This document shows positions 24,393 through 32,929 of a stretch of 41,721 bases of DNA, in pieces. Position 1 is the stretch's first letter. Every line of letters begins with the position of its first letter. Location of the stretch: the NCBI GenBank assembly GCA_030621805.1, contig JAUXGY010000001.1, positions 1 through 41,721 of the forward strand, read 5' to 3'. The stretch comes from Kiritimatiellales bacterium. GTDB taxonomy: Bacteria > Verrucomicrobiota > Kiritimatiellia > Kiritimatiellales > Pontiellaceae. Below the pieces are notes generated by a model. That model was given only the letters and a program-made list of their open reading frames with translations, was not told where the DNA came from and searched no databases. A program made the translations under genes and the position numbers.

Positions 24393-26707
24393 TGGATCGT
24401 CGTAAATTTATGAAAAATGCCGCACTGGCTTCAGCATGTTCAGCTGCGGCCGCCATGGTGCCGGGTGTAACGTTCGGGAGTGTTCAAGAGGTTGGGGTCA
24501 GCGGAAGCGGGCTCGAATGGCACAAGGCGCCGTGCCGTTTTTGCGGCGTGGGCTGCGGGGTTCTCGTTGGGGTTTCCGGCGGAAAGGCCGTGGCGGTGAA
24601 GGGCGATCCGTCCTCATCCGTAAGCCGTGGCCTCGGCTGCGTGAAGGGGCTGCACTCGGTGCAGATGCTCTATGCGAAAGATCGCTACAAACAAGCCTAC
24701 GTCAAGCGCGACGGCAAGATGGTTCCGGTTCCGATTTCCGAGGCGCTTGATATTGTTGCTGAAAAAATGCAGGCGACAATTGATAAGCACGGCAAAGATT
24801 CCGTTGCCCTCTACGGTTCCGGCCAGTGGACGATCCCCGACGGCTATGTGGCCAGCAAGTTTATGAAGGGTTGTATTGGTTCGAATAACCTCGAAGCTAA
24901 CGCCCGCCTCTGCATGGCCAGCGCCGTAACCGGTTTCCTCACCACGTTTGGTGCGGACGAGCCGATGGGCTGCTACGACGATATTGAACAGACCGAAACC
25001 TTCGTGCTGTGGGGCAACAATATGGCCGAGATGCACCCCGTGCTTTTCTCGCGCTGTCTGGAGCAACGCCGCCGAAATCCCGGTCGCGTCAAGATTATTG
25101 ATTTGGCCACCCGCACCACTCGCACCAGTCGCGCGGCGGACGATTCCTTCATCTTCCGCCCGCAGACTGACCTCGCGATTGCCAACGCGATCTGCCACGA
25201 GATTGTCAAGAACGACCAGGTCAACTGGGGCTTCTTCAACAAGCACGTCAATATCATGGAAGGAAAGACCGATATTGGCTACGGGCTGGAGGATAACTTT
25301 AAGTTTAAGGACGAAACCGCCAAGATCGATATGGAGGCCTACAAAGCCTTCCTGTCCGACTACACGCCGGAAAAGGTGGAGAAAATCAGCGGCGTTTCCG
25401 CCAACGATATCCGCAAACTCGCCGCCCTATACGGCGACCCAAACCGCAAGGTGGTCTCCTACTGGTGCATGGGCATGAACCAGCACTCGCGCGGCACCTG
25501 GATCAACAATCTCGTCTACAATATCCACCTGCTTGTGGGTAAGATCTCGCTGCCGGGCAACGGCCCGTTCTCGCTGACCGGTCAGCCGAGTGCTTGCGGC
25601 ACCGTCCGCGAGGTGGGAACGCTGACGCATAAGCTGCCGCACGGTGTGGTCATGAATCCTAAGCATCGCGCCTTTGCTGCCAAAATTTGGGGTGTTCCTG
25701 TTGAGCGCATTCCAGCCAAACCGACCCATCACACGATGGCCATGTTCCGGGCGTTGGATCGCGGCGACATCCGTTTTATCTGGACGCAAGTCACCAACCC
25801 GATGCAGACCATGCCCAAGCTTAAACGCTATTTTGAGGGCAGCATGAAAGAGGATCGTTTCATCGTGGTATCCGATGCTTTCCCGACGCCGACCACCGCC
25901 GTCGCCGATGTGATTCTTCCGGCCGCCTGCTGGATTGAGCGCGAGGGATTGTATGGAAATTCCGAACGCCGCACCCAGCAATTCGATCAGATTGTACAAC
26001 CGCCCGGAGAAGCCATGTGCGACACTTGGCAGATCATCGAGGTGGCCCGCCGCATGGGCTTCACCAAGGAATTTCCGTATCCACAGGAAACCTACATCCG
26101 CGACGTCTATGAAGAGTATCGCCTGCACCACGTCGGCATGAAACACGCGATGGCGCCGTATGACGAGCTCCGTAAATATCCCGGACTCCAGTGGCCTTTC
26201 GTAAACGGCAAAGAGACCAAGTGGCGCTATAACGAAAAGTATGACCCCGCCGTGAAGAAGGGCAGTGGTTTTGAGTTCTACGGAAAGAAGGACGGCAAAG
26301 CCGTCATCCTCGCTCGTCCATACGAACCCGCCGCCGAAGAACCCGATGCCGAATATCCATTCTGGCTCTGCACCGGACGCGTGGTCGAGCACTGGCACAC
26401 CGGCTCTATGACCCGCCGCATCCCCGTGCTGAACAAGGCGATGCCGGAAGGGTATGTCGAGATCAACACCGAGGATGCCCGCCGCATGGGGATTGTCGAT
26501 GGCCGCGAAGTTCGCCTCACCTCTCGTCGTGGAACGATCGTTCTGAAGGCCAAGGTGAATGGCCGCGGAAACCCGCCCTCCCTGTCGGTATTTGTTCCGT
26601 TCTTCGACGAAAACAAATTGATCAACGAGCTGACGCTGGATGCGTACTGTCCGATCTCCAAGCAGCCGGACTATAAGAAATGTGCCGTAAAGGTTGAACG
26701 GGTATGA
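24392..26707 (+). CDS. napA: Periplasmic nitrate reductase catalytic subunit
   Basis: DRRKFMK Tat motif, KAPCRFCGVGC, NARLCMASA, WGNNMAEMHPVL, WCMGMNQH, SLTGQPSACGTVREVG, TGRVVEHWHTGSMT and PDYKKCAVK. Confidence 0.97.
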   Translation: MDRRKFMKNAALASACSAAAAMVPGVTFGSVQEVGVSGSGLEWHKAPCRFCGVGCGVLVGVSGGKAVAVKGDPSSSVSRGLGCVKGLHSVQMLYAKDRYKQAYVKRDGKMVPVPISEALDIVAEKMQATIDKHGKDSVALYGSGQWTIPDGYVASKFMKGCIGSNNLEANARLCMASAVTGFLTTFGADEPMGCYDDIEQTETFVLWGNNMAEMHPVLFSRCLEQRRRNPGRVKIIDLATRTTRTSRAADDSFIFRPQTDLAIANAICHEIVKNDQVNWGFFNKHVNIMEGKTDIGYGLEDNFKFKDETAKIDMEAYKAFLSDYTPEKVEKISGVSANDIRKLAALYGDPNRKVVSYWCMGMNQHSRGTWINNLVYNIHLLVGKISLPGNGPFSLTGQPSACGTVREVGTLTHKLPHGVVMNPKHRAFAAKIWGVPVERIPAKPTHHTMAMFRALDRGDIRFIWTQVTNPMQTMPKLKRYFEGSMKEDRFIVVSDAFPTPTTAVADVILPAACWIEREGLYGNSERRTQQFDQIVQPPGEAMCDTWQIIEVARRMGFTKEFPYPQETYIRDVYEEYRLHHVGMKHAMAPYDELRKYPGLQWPFVNGKETKWRYNEKYDPAVKKGSGFEFYGKKDGKAVILARPYEPAAEEPDAEYPFWLCTGRVVEHWHTGSMTRRIPVLNKAMPEGYVEINTEDARRMGIVDGREVRLTSRRGTIVLKAKVNGRGNPPSLSVFVPFFDENKLINELTLDAYCPISKQPDYKKCAVKVERV

Positions 26708-27432
26708 GCGCGAAACAAGCATCCCCGTTGACCGGGGTAATCATTCTTGCGGGCTTCATTGCCATCGGCATGACGGTGTTGTTCACCGTCCGCGGCAAGT
26801 TGCAGGCACAGGATCAAGAGGCACACGCGGGGCACCATCCGTCGTGGGCCACCGCGCACGCCGCTTCCCATGCTGTGGTGGAAATCGTCGTTCCGCCGCG
26901 CACGGCGCAACCGGCTTTCGAGTCGGTTCCCCGCCCCGGTGCAAAGGTGCGCACGTTGCGCGAATTCTACAGTCGCCGCGCCTATGCCGGCGCTCCGCCG
27001 ATCATTCCGCATGCGGTGGAGGACGATGGCGTGATTAACGACGACTGCCTCTCCTGCCACCAAGATGGAGGCTATGTGCCGGAGTATAACGCCTACACGC
27101 CGGTCACTCCGCATCCGGAAATGGGGAACTGTCGCCAGTGTCATGTGGAGCAAATTGTTGAGGGGTTATTTGTGGCCACCGAGTGGATTCAACCCGCCCT
27201 TCCGAAGCGCGGGCAGCAGTCGATCCCCGGCGGACCATTGCAGATTCCCCATCCGTTGCAATTCCGCGAAAACTGTTTGGCGTGTCACGCCGGTCCGCAG
27301 GCCGTGGTGGAAATCCGTAGCTCGCATCCCGAACGCGAAAACTGTTTGCAGTGCCATGTGGTGGATCAAAATGTTCCGCCGTTTAAATCGCTAATCGACA
27401 CCCGTATGGAACTCGCCGATGTTGAAAAATAG
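26704..27432 (+). CDS. Tetraheme cytochrome c with duplicated NapB-like modules
   Basis: RRAYAGAPPIIPH..CLSCH..CRQCH and GPLQIPH..CLACH..CLQCH; N-terminal TM segment. Confidence 0.88.
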   Translation: MSAKQASPLTGVIILAGFIAIGMTVLFTVRGKLQAQDQEAHAGHHPSWATAHAASHAVVEIVVPPRTAQPAFESVPRPGAKVRTLREFYSRRAYAGAPPIIPHAVEDDGVINDDCLSCHQDGGYVPEYNAYTPVTPHPEMGNCRQCHVEQIVEGLFVATEWIQPALPKRGQQSIPGGPLQIPHPLQFRENCLACHAGPQAVVEIRSSHPERENCLQCHVVDQNVPPFKSLIDTRMELADVEK

Positions 27433-28009
27433 TTTGATCGCAGGAATGGCGGTTTGCGTTTTTGCCGGTTGCAGCAAGGAGCCGGAGCATATCTATTCCG
27501 AACCACTGGAGCAGGGCGACTATGATCGTCAGGAGCGGATTGCCGAGCACCGTGCACAACCCGTCGAAGTGTCGGGCTATGCCCACATCTATGTGGCCGG
27601 TCCTGAAACCGAACGTAAGGATTGCGCCCGGTGCCATAAGCCGGGGGAAGAACCCTATCGCGACGAGTCGCTTCCGCCCGGGCAGGATGCTCACTGGGAT
27701 ATTGCGATTCACCATGCGGGCGATATGGAATGCTTCTCCTGCCATAAGAAGGAGGATCCAGCCCGGTTGGTGTCGGTGCTCGATAAGGAGGCACGTTTAG
27801 AGACGGCCTATTTGCATTGCGGCAGTTGCCACAAGGATCAGTTTCAATCCTGGCTGGGCGGAGCTCATGGAAAACGCGTTACCGGATGGCTCGGGGTGCG
27901 CATTATTAAAAACTGCACCGATTGCCATGACCCGCATGTTCCGGCTCGTGAAACCACGCTTCCGGTTGCACAACCCACTATTACGCCTGAACGGGCGATG
28001 AGGCACTAG
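27419..28009 (+). CDS. Tetraheme cytochrome c, probable lipoprotein
   Basis: Lipobox FAGC; CARCH, CFSCH, CGSCH and CTDCH. Confidence 0.88.
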   Translation: MLKNSLIAGMAVCVFAGCSKEPEHIYSEPLEQGDYDRQERIAEHRAQPVEVSGYAHIYVAGPETERKDCARCHKPGEEPYRDESLPPGQDAHWDIAIHHAGDMECFSCHKKEDPARLVSVLDKEARLETAYLHCGSCHKDQFQSWLGGAHGKRVTGWLGVRIIKNCTDCHDPHVPARETTLPVAQPTITPERAMRH

Positions 28010-28010
28010 C

Positions 28011-28976
28011 ATGAAAGAAGGTTCTAAAACGTGTTCGGAAAAGTGTTTCGCCGATATGGCATTGAAGAAAAAAGGCTCGCGGCGCGGTGCTTTGACCGCA
28101 CTGCTCGGCGGCGCGGCCACGGCGGCGGCTTCGAGCGCAAGTGCCGCAATGGCTACCGACGAGGAGAAGGAACTCAAGCGCATTAAGCGCAATGAATTTT
28201 TTCAAAAATACTACCGCGTCATGACTGAAGAGGAGCGCGCGACCACCGTGGCCCGCTTCGAGCGAAAGGCCAAGTTGGAGCAGGGGATTGAGGTCAAGAT
28301 CGACGACACCTCCGCTCGACCCGATGTGATGTTCGGCTATGCCTTCAATATTTCAAAGTGCGAAGGCTCGCGCAAGTGTGTCGATGCCTGTGTGAAGGAG
28401 AACAATCAGGATCGCGCGAGTAACATTCAATATATCAAGTTGTTTGAAATGGAAGGCGGCGTCGGAAGCGTACACGGGGGCGATTCAGAATATTCCCACG
28501 AAGTTCCGGTGGATGGAAAATACTACCTCGGGACCCAATGCTTCCAATGCGAGAATCCCCCCTGCACGAAATCGTGCCCCACCGGCGCAACGTGGAAAGA
28601 GGCCGACGGCATTGTGGTGGTCGACTATAACTGGTGCATCGGCTGCCGCTATTGCGAGGCCGCTTGTCCGTACTTTGCGCGTCGCTTCAACTGGAAGGAA
28701 CCCGAGGTTCCAAAGGAAGAAATCAACCCGAAGCAGCACTACCTCACCAACCGCATGCGCATGAAAGGGGTGATGGAAAAATGCACCTACTGCGCGCAAC
28801 GCTCGCGGCATGGCAAGCTGCCTGCCTGTGCCGAGGCCTGCCCGACCGGTGCGCGCGTTTTCGGCAACCTGCTCGACCCCGATAGCGAGATTCGCTGGAT
28901 CCTCGCCAACAAGAAAGTGTTCCGCCTCAAAGAGGATTTAGGGACGGAGCCGACGTTCTGGTACTACGCGGATTGA
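28011..28976 (+). CDS. NrfC/PsrB-type four-cluster FeS protein
   Basis: CEGSRKCVDAC, CFQCENPPCTKSCP, CIGCRYCEAACP and KCTYC..PACAEACP; degenerate Tat motif SRRGAL. Confidence 0.93.
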   Translation: MKEGSKTCSEKCFADMALKKKGSRRGALTALLGGAATAAASSASAAMATDEEKELKRIKRNEFFQKYYRVMTEEERATTVARFERKAKLEQGIEVKIDDTSARPDVMFGYAFNISKCEGSRKCVDACVKENNQDRASNIQYIKLFEMEGGVGSVHGGDSEYSHEVPVDGKYYLGTQCFQCENPPCTKSCPTGATWKEADGIVVVDYNWCIGCRYCEAACPYFARRFNWKEPEVPKEEINPKQHYLTNRMRMKGVMEKCTYCAQRSRHGKLPACAEACPTGARVFGNLLDPDSEIRWILANKKVFRLKEDLGTEPTFWYYAD

Positions 28977-28980
28977 TTCT

Positions 28981-30216
28981 ATGAAAACATTCTTAAATTT
29001 TATCATGAGCGGGTTGGCGGTGGTGTTTACCGGATCGGTAAAATACTATCTTTGGCTAGGGCTCCTTCTTTCACTAATGCTTGCGGGTGCCTATGGCTAC
29101 TCGATCCAACTTAAGGAAGGACTCGGAGCCACCGGGATGCACGACCATGTGAGCTGGGGGATCTACATCAGCAACTTTATCTTCTTCGTCGGCGTGGCTG
29201 CCGGGGGCGTGATGCTGGTGATTCCGGCCTACGTCATGAAAGACCGCGATTTTTCCAAGGTGGTGCTCATTGGGGAGGGCCTTGCCGTGGCCGCCTTGAT
29301 CATGGCGCTCATGTTTGTCTTGGCCGACCTCGGCGGCGTGACGCGGTTCTGGCACATGCTCCCCGTGATCGGATTTTTCCATTTCCCGCAGTCGATGCTG
29401 ACCTGGGACGTGCTGGTGCTCAATGGCTATCTGGCGCTGAACCTGGCCATCCCCGCCTACATCCTCTACTGCCGCTACCAAGGTAAGGAGCCGATCAAAA
29501 AGATCTACGTTCCTTTCGTAATTCTCTCCGTTTTCTGGGCGTTCGGCATCCACCTTGTCACCGCCTTCCTGCTCGTGGGCGCCCCCGATAAAACCTTCTG
29601 GAGCTCGGCCATCCTCGGCCCGCGTTTTCTAGCCTCGGCCTTCACCGCCGGTCCGGCATTGATCATCATTATCTTCAGCATTATCCGTCAGACCTCGGAC
29701 TATAAGATTTCTGATGAAACCATCGACAAGCTCTCCACGGTGGTCATGTTCGCGGCGTATGCCAACCTCGTCATGCTTCTCTCCGAAATCTTCAAAGAGT
29801 TTTATTGGAGCTCCGAACATACCGCCCACGCACGCTATCTTTTCTTCGGGTTGGATGGCCACAACGCCGTCACCCCCTTCATATGGGGATCGGTCGTGAG
29901 CAATGTACTGGCCACGGTGCTGATTTCATTCCGTTCGCTGCGCGAAAACCATGCCGTCCTCGTTCCCGCCTGCTTCGTGCTCTTTATTGCGATTTGGATC
30001 GAGAAGGGGTTGGGACTTGTTATCCCCGGCTTTATTCCCTCATCGCTTGGCGAGATCGTCGAATACCTCCCCACGCTCGTGGAGATTCTCGTCACACTCG
30101 GCATTATCGGGTTTGGCCTGTTCACCCTCACCGCCCTGCTCAAGGTCTTCATCCGGATAGAAACCGGCGCGATGGACCGCAATAAAGGCTGGTGGGTTTC
30201 TCCCTCGGCAAAGTAG
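28981..30216 (+). CDS. NrfD/PsrC-family quinol-interacting membrane subunit
   Basis: VSWGIYISNFIFFVGVAAG, ADLG..RFW and YLPTLVE motifs; about 10 TM segments. Confidence 0.93.
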   Translation: MKTFLNFIMSGLAVVFTGSVKYYLWLGLLLSLMLAGAYGYSIQLKEGLGATGMHDHVSWGIYISNFIFFVGVAAGGVMLVIPAYVMKDRDFSKVVLIGEGLAVAALIMALMFVLADLGGVTRFWHMLPVIGFFHFPQSMLTWDVLVLNGYLALNLAIPAYILYCRYQGKEPIKKIYVPFVILSVFWAFGIHLVTAFLLVGAPDKTFWSSAILGPRFLASAFTAGPALIIIIFSIIRQTSDYKISDETIDKLSTVVMFAAYANLVMLLSEIFKEFYWSSEHTAHARYLFFGLDGHNAVTPFIWGSVVSNVLATVLISFRSLRENHAVLVPACFVLFIAIWIEKGLGLVIPGFIPSSLGEIVEYLPTLVEILVTLGIIGFGLFTLTALLKVFIRIETGAMDRNKGWWVSPSAK

Positions 30217-30217
30217 T

Positions 30218-30243
30218 TGTAGGCGGGATCGGCGATCCCTCCC
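30218..30243. repeat. REP-like hairpin (GTAG family 2) between convergent genes
   Basis: TGTAGGCGGGATCGGCGATCCCTCCC differs at 3 of 26 positions from the copy at 3294-3319. Confidence 0.75.
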
Positions 30244-30263
30244 TGCGCAGGAAGGCTTTCCAG

Positions 30264-30920
30264 TCATCGATCCGATGGTTCAAGCGCGCTGATGGCATCG
30301 AGGATCTTGTTGGCACAGTCGGTCTTTCCAATATAACCCCAGTCGAGGAAGGCGTCGGCTCTCGCGGCCAGAAAGCTGAAGGTGCCGCTTTCTGCTCCGA
30401 GGCTGGAGGGGGAGTTGAGCACAATGCCGTCGAGATGCTTGCTCTCCAGTTTGCGGCGGGCGTTGGCTTTTCCATCGGCGGTCTGTAGCGCAAAACCGAG
30501 GGTAATTTGATCGGCCCGTTTTCCCGCGCAGAGCGTCTGGGCAATATCAGGGGTGGGGCGCAGGCGCAGGGTTAATTCAGCATTGGACTTGGCCAGCTTT
30601 TCAGTCTGCTTTTCGACGGGAGCATAGTCGGCGACGGCTGCGGCAAAGAGAATGATGTCTGCTGTTTTAAAAAGCGGACGTGCGGTTTTTAGCATTTCTT
30701 CCGCACTGATGACGGGATGGATACGGAGGGTGCTGTCCGTGTTCGCCGGCAGGGTTTCGGTGGCAACGGGGCCGGTAATGAATTCAACACGGTAGCCGCG
30801 CCGCACGGCCTCTTCGGCGAGAGCTCGGCCCATCTTGCCGCTACTGGCATTGCCGACAAAGCGCACCGGATCGATGTATTCATGCGTCGGGCCGGATAGG
30901 ATGAGCACTTGTTTATTCAT
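30264..30920 (-). CDS. coaB: Phosphopantothenate--cysteine ligase (stand-alone CoaB)
   Basis: SGPTHEYIDPVRFVGNASSGKMG, AAAVADY, TPDI, GFA and KLESKHLDGIVLN; start at MNKQV. Confidence 0.93.
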   Translation of the reverse strand: MNKQVLILSGPTHEYIDPVRFVGNASSGKMGRALAEEAVRRGYRVEFITGPVATETLPANTDSTLRIHPVISAEEMLKTARPLFKTADIILFAAAVADYAPVEKQTEKLAKSNAELTLRLRPTPDIAQTLCAGKRADQITLGFALQTADGKANARRKLESKHLDGIVLNSPSSLGAESGTFSFLAARADAFLDWGYIGKTDCANKILDAISALEPSDR

Positions 30921-30952
30921 ATTGCGTACTCCAGAAGATGTCGCAGACCCGA

Positions 30953-30987
30953 AAATCAAAACTCGGCAATCGGCAATCAAAAATCAA
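30953..30987. repeat. Heptamer tandem repeat, 5 units
   Basis: AAATCAA AACTCGG CAATCGG CAATCAA AAATCAA, overlapping the coaC stop codon. Confidence 0.7.
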
Positions 30988-31538
30988 AAGATGGAGTGGA
31001 GGATGATCTGGACGATGGCGGAAGGGGAGCTCATCCGGCCATAGCCGTGGGTACCGCAGGCCAACCAGCCCTTCTCGGGGCCGATTTGGTGCCATCCCAT
31101 TTCCAGAAGCTTACGGCTGTTTTCACGGACGATGGACTGCTCCCACATCTGCACGTTCATGGCCGGGCAGAAGATGCGCTTGCAGTCGGGTTTGAGCGAG
31201 AGGGCGCTACAGCAGACAATATCGTCGCCAAAACCGTGCGCGAGCTTGGCAAGGGAATCAGCCGTGGCGGGCGCCACCACGAAAGCATCGGCTTCCGTGG
31301 CGGGGTAGAGGTGCGGGTAGATGACATCCTTTTCGCCACTACTGTTGTCCGGGAAGGTGGTGGTAAGCACCTTTTGCTGGCTAAGTGCTGCGAAGGTGAG
31401 CGGAGCGATAAACCGGGTGGCCGCCTCCGTCATCACCACGCGAACATCGACATGGGCCTTGACGAGCTGGCTAACAATGTCTGCTGTTTTGTAGGCCGCA
31501 ATTCCGCCGGTTACACCGATCAGCACCTTGGGTTTCAT
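30984..31538 (-). CDS. coaC: Phosphopantothenoylcysteine decarboxylase (stand-alone CoaC)
   Basis: GVTGGIAAYK, VAPATA, PAMN..MW and LACG..GYGRM motifs. Confidence 0.93.
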   Translation of the reverse strand: MKPKVLIGVTGGIAAYKTADIVSQLVKAHVDVRVVMTEAATRFIAPLTFAALSQQKVLTTTFPDNSSGEKDVIYPHLYPATEADAFVVAPATADSLAKLAHGFGDDIVCCSALSLKPDCKRIFCPAMNVQMWEQSIVRENSRKLLEMGWHQIGPEKGWLACGTHGYGRMSSPSAIVQIILHSIF

Positions 31539-31552
31539 GACTGCCCCCTTTT

Positions 31553-32110
31553 TTATACTTCGAGGATATCCTTTTCCTTGGCCGCGAGCATATCATCCAT
31601 TTTCTTGATGTGCCCGTTGGTAGACGTTTGGATGTCGTCCAGAGCGGCGTCGCGTTCGTCCTCGGTGATCTCGCTATTTTTCTGCAAGCCCTTGACCTGG
31701 TCGTTGGCATCGCGACGGATGTTGCGGATGGCGATTCGCTGCTCTTCGGTGGTGCGCCCTGCCATTTTGGCCATATCCTTGCGCCGCTCTTCGGAAAGTT
31801 CGGGGATGGGTACGCGGATCAGGCGGCCATCATTCATCGGGGTGATACCAATGTTAGCCGCGATGATAGCTTTTTCAATCAAGCCGAGAGAGGAAGGATC
31901 AAATGGATTGACGACAATCAGCCGGGGTTCGGGGGTGGAAATATTAGCGATGTCGCGCAGGCGGGTGGGGGTGCCGTAGTAGTCGACGGTGATGGTATCG
32001 ACAAGCGAGGGGTGGGCTTTTCCCGTGCGCAACCCGCTGAGTTCCTGCGAAAGGAACTGCACGGTCTTATCCATCTTATCTTCGGTTTCGAGTAGTATGT
32101 TGTCCAGCAT
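31553..32110 (-). CDS. frr: Ribosome recycling factor
   Basis: LRTGKA, VDYYG, PELSEERRK and IRNIRRDAN motifs. Confidence 0.98.
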   Translation of the reverse strand: MLDNILLETEDKMDKTVQFLSQELSGLRTGKAHPSLVDTITVDYYGTPTRLRDIANISTPEPRLIVVNPFDPSSLGLIEKAIIAANIGITPMNDGRLIRVPIPELSEERRKDMAKMAGRTTEEQRIAIRNIRRDANDQVKGLQKNSEITEDERDAALDDIQTSTNGHIKKMDDMLAAKEKDILEV

Positions 32111-32125
32111 GGTACGTTCTCCGGT

Positions 32126-32839
32126 TTATTGATGCGTAACGAGGGTCCCGGAATCCTTTCCGGCGAGCACCTCGACGATTCCGTTTTCCTTGAAAAAGTC
32201 AAAGACCACAATAGGAATGTTATTCTCCATGCACAATGAAAAAGCGGCAGCGTCCATGATCTTCAGCTGTTGGGAGAGGGCGTCCTGGTAGGAGATCTGG
32301 TCGAAGCGGGTGGCCTCGGGATGGGTGACGGGGTCGGCGGTATAGATGCCGTCGACTTTGGTGGCTTTCATAAGCACGTCGGCGTTGATTTCCGAAGCAC
32401 GCAGTGCGGCGGCGGAGTCGGTGGTGAAGTAGGGGTTTCCGGTGCCGGCGCCAAAGATGACGACGCGCCCTTTTTCCAGATGGCGCATGGCCTTGCGGCG
32501 GATGAACGGTTCGGCGATGGCGGGCATGGTGATGGCGGTCATGACGCGGGTTTCGATGCCGGCGTTCTCGAGCGCGGACTGGATGGCGAGGGAATTGATG
32601 ACGGTGGCGAGCATGCCCATGTAGTCGCCGGTGGTGCGGTCTGTGCCGGCTGTGGCGCCGGCGAGTCCCCGGAAAATATTTCCACCGCCCACGACGACCG
32701 CAATCTCTGCGCCCATACTGAGCATCTGCTTGAACTGTTCGGCCACGTCGGCGAGGATTTCTGGATCGTGGTTGAGTCCTTTGCTTTTGTTTTGCAAGGC
32801 TTCGCCACTGATCTTCAACAAGATTCGCTTATATTTCAT
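32126..32839 (-). CDS. pyrH: UMP kinase
   Basis: RILLKISGEAL, GGGNIFRG, DYMGMLAT and GTGNPYFTTDSAAALRA motifs. Confidence 0.98.
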   Translation of the reverse strand: MKYKRILLKISGEALQNKSKGLNHDPEILADVAEQFKQMLSMGAEIAVVVGGGNIFRGLAGATAGTDRTTGDYMGMLATVINSLAIQSALENAGIETRVMTAITMPAIAEPFIRRKAMRHLEKGRVVIFGAGTGNPYFTTDSAAALRASEINADVLMKATKVDGIYTADPVTHPEATRFDQISYQDALSQQLKIMDAAAFSLCMENNIPIVVFDFFKENGIVEVLAGKDSGTLVTHQ

Positions 32840-32929
32840 AAATACCTTTCATGTGAATACCCGAAAAGATTAGAACATGTTGCGGAGCGTGTAAATTTCC
32901 AATGTGTAGAATTTGAGGAAGGGGAATTG

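Noticed and set aside
10321-30216. Respiratory cluster as a mobile genomic island
   Set aside because: No integrase, transposase, tRNA or flanking direct repeats are visible; horizontal acquisition cannot be supported from this window alone.
32270-32929. N-terminal 220 aa of the 618-aa ORF
   Set aside because: Mostly overlaps pyrH on the opposite strand; the real start is ATG 32930, with an RBS and a signal/TM segment.
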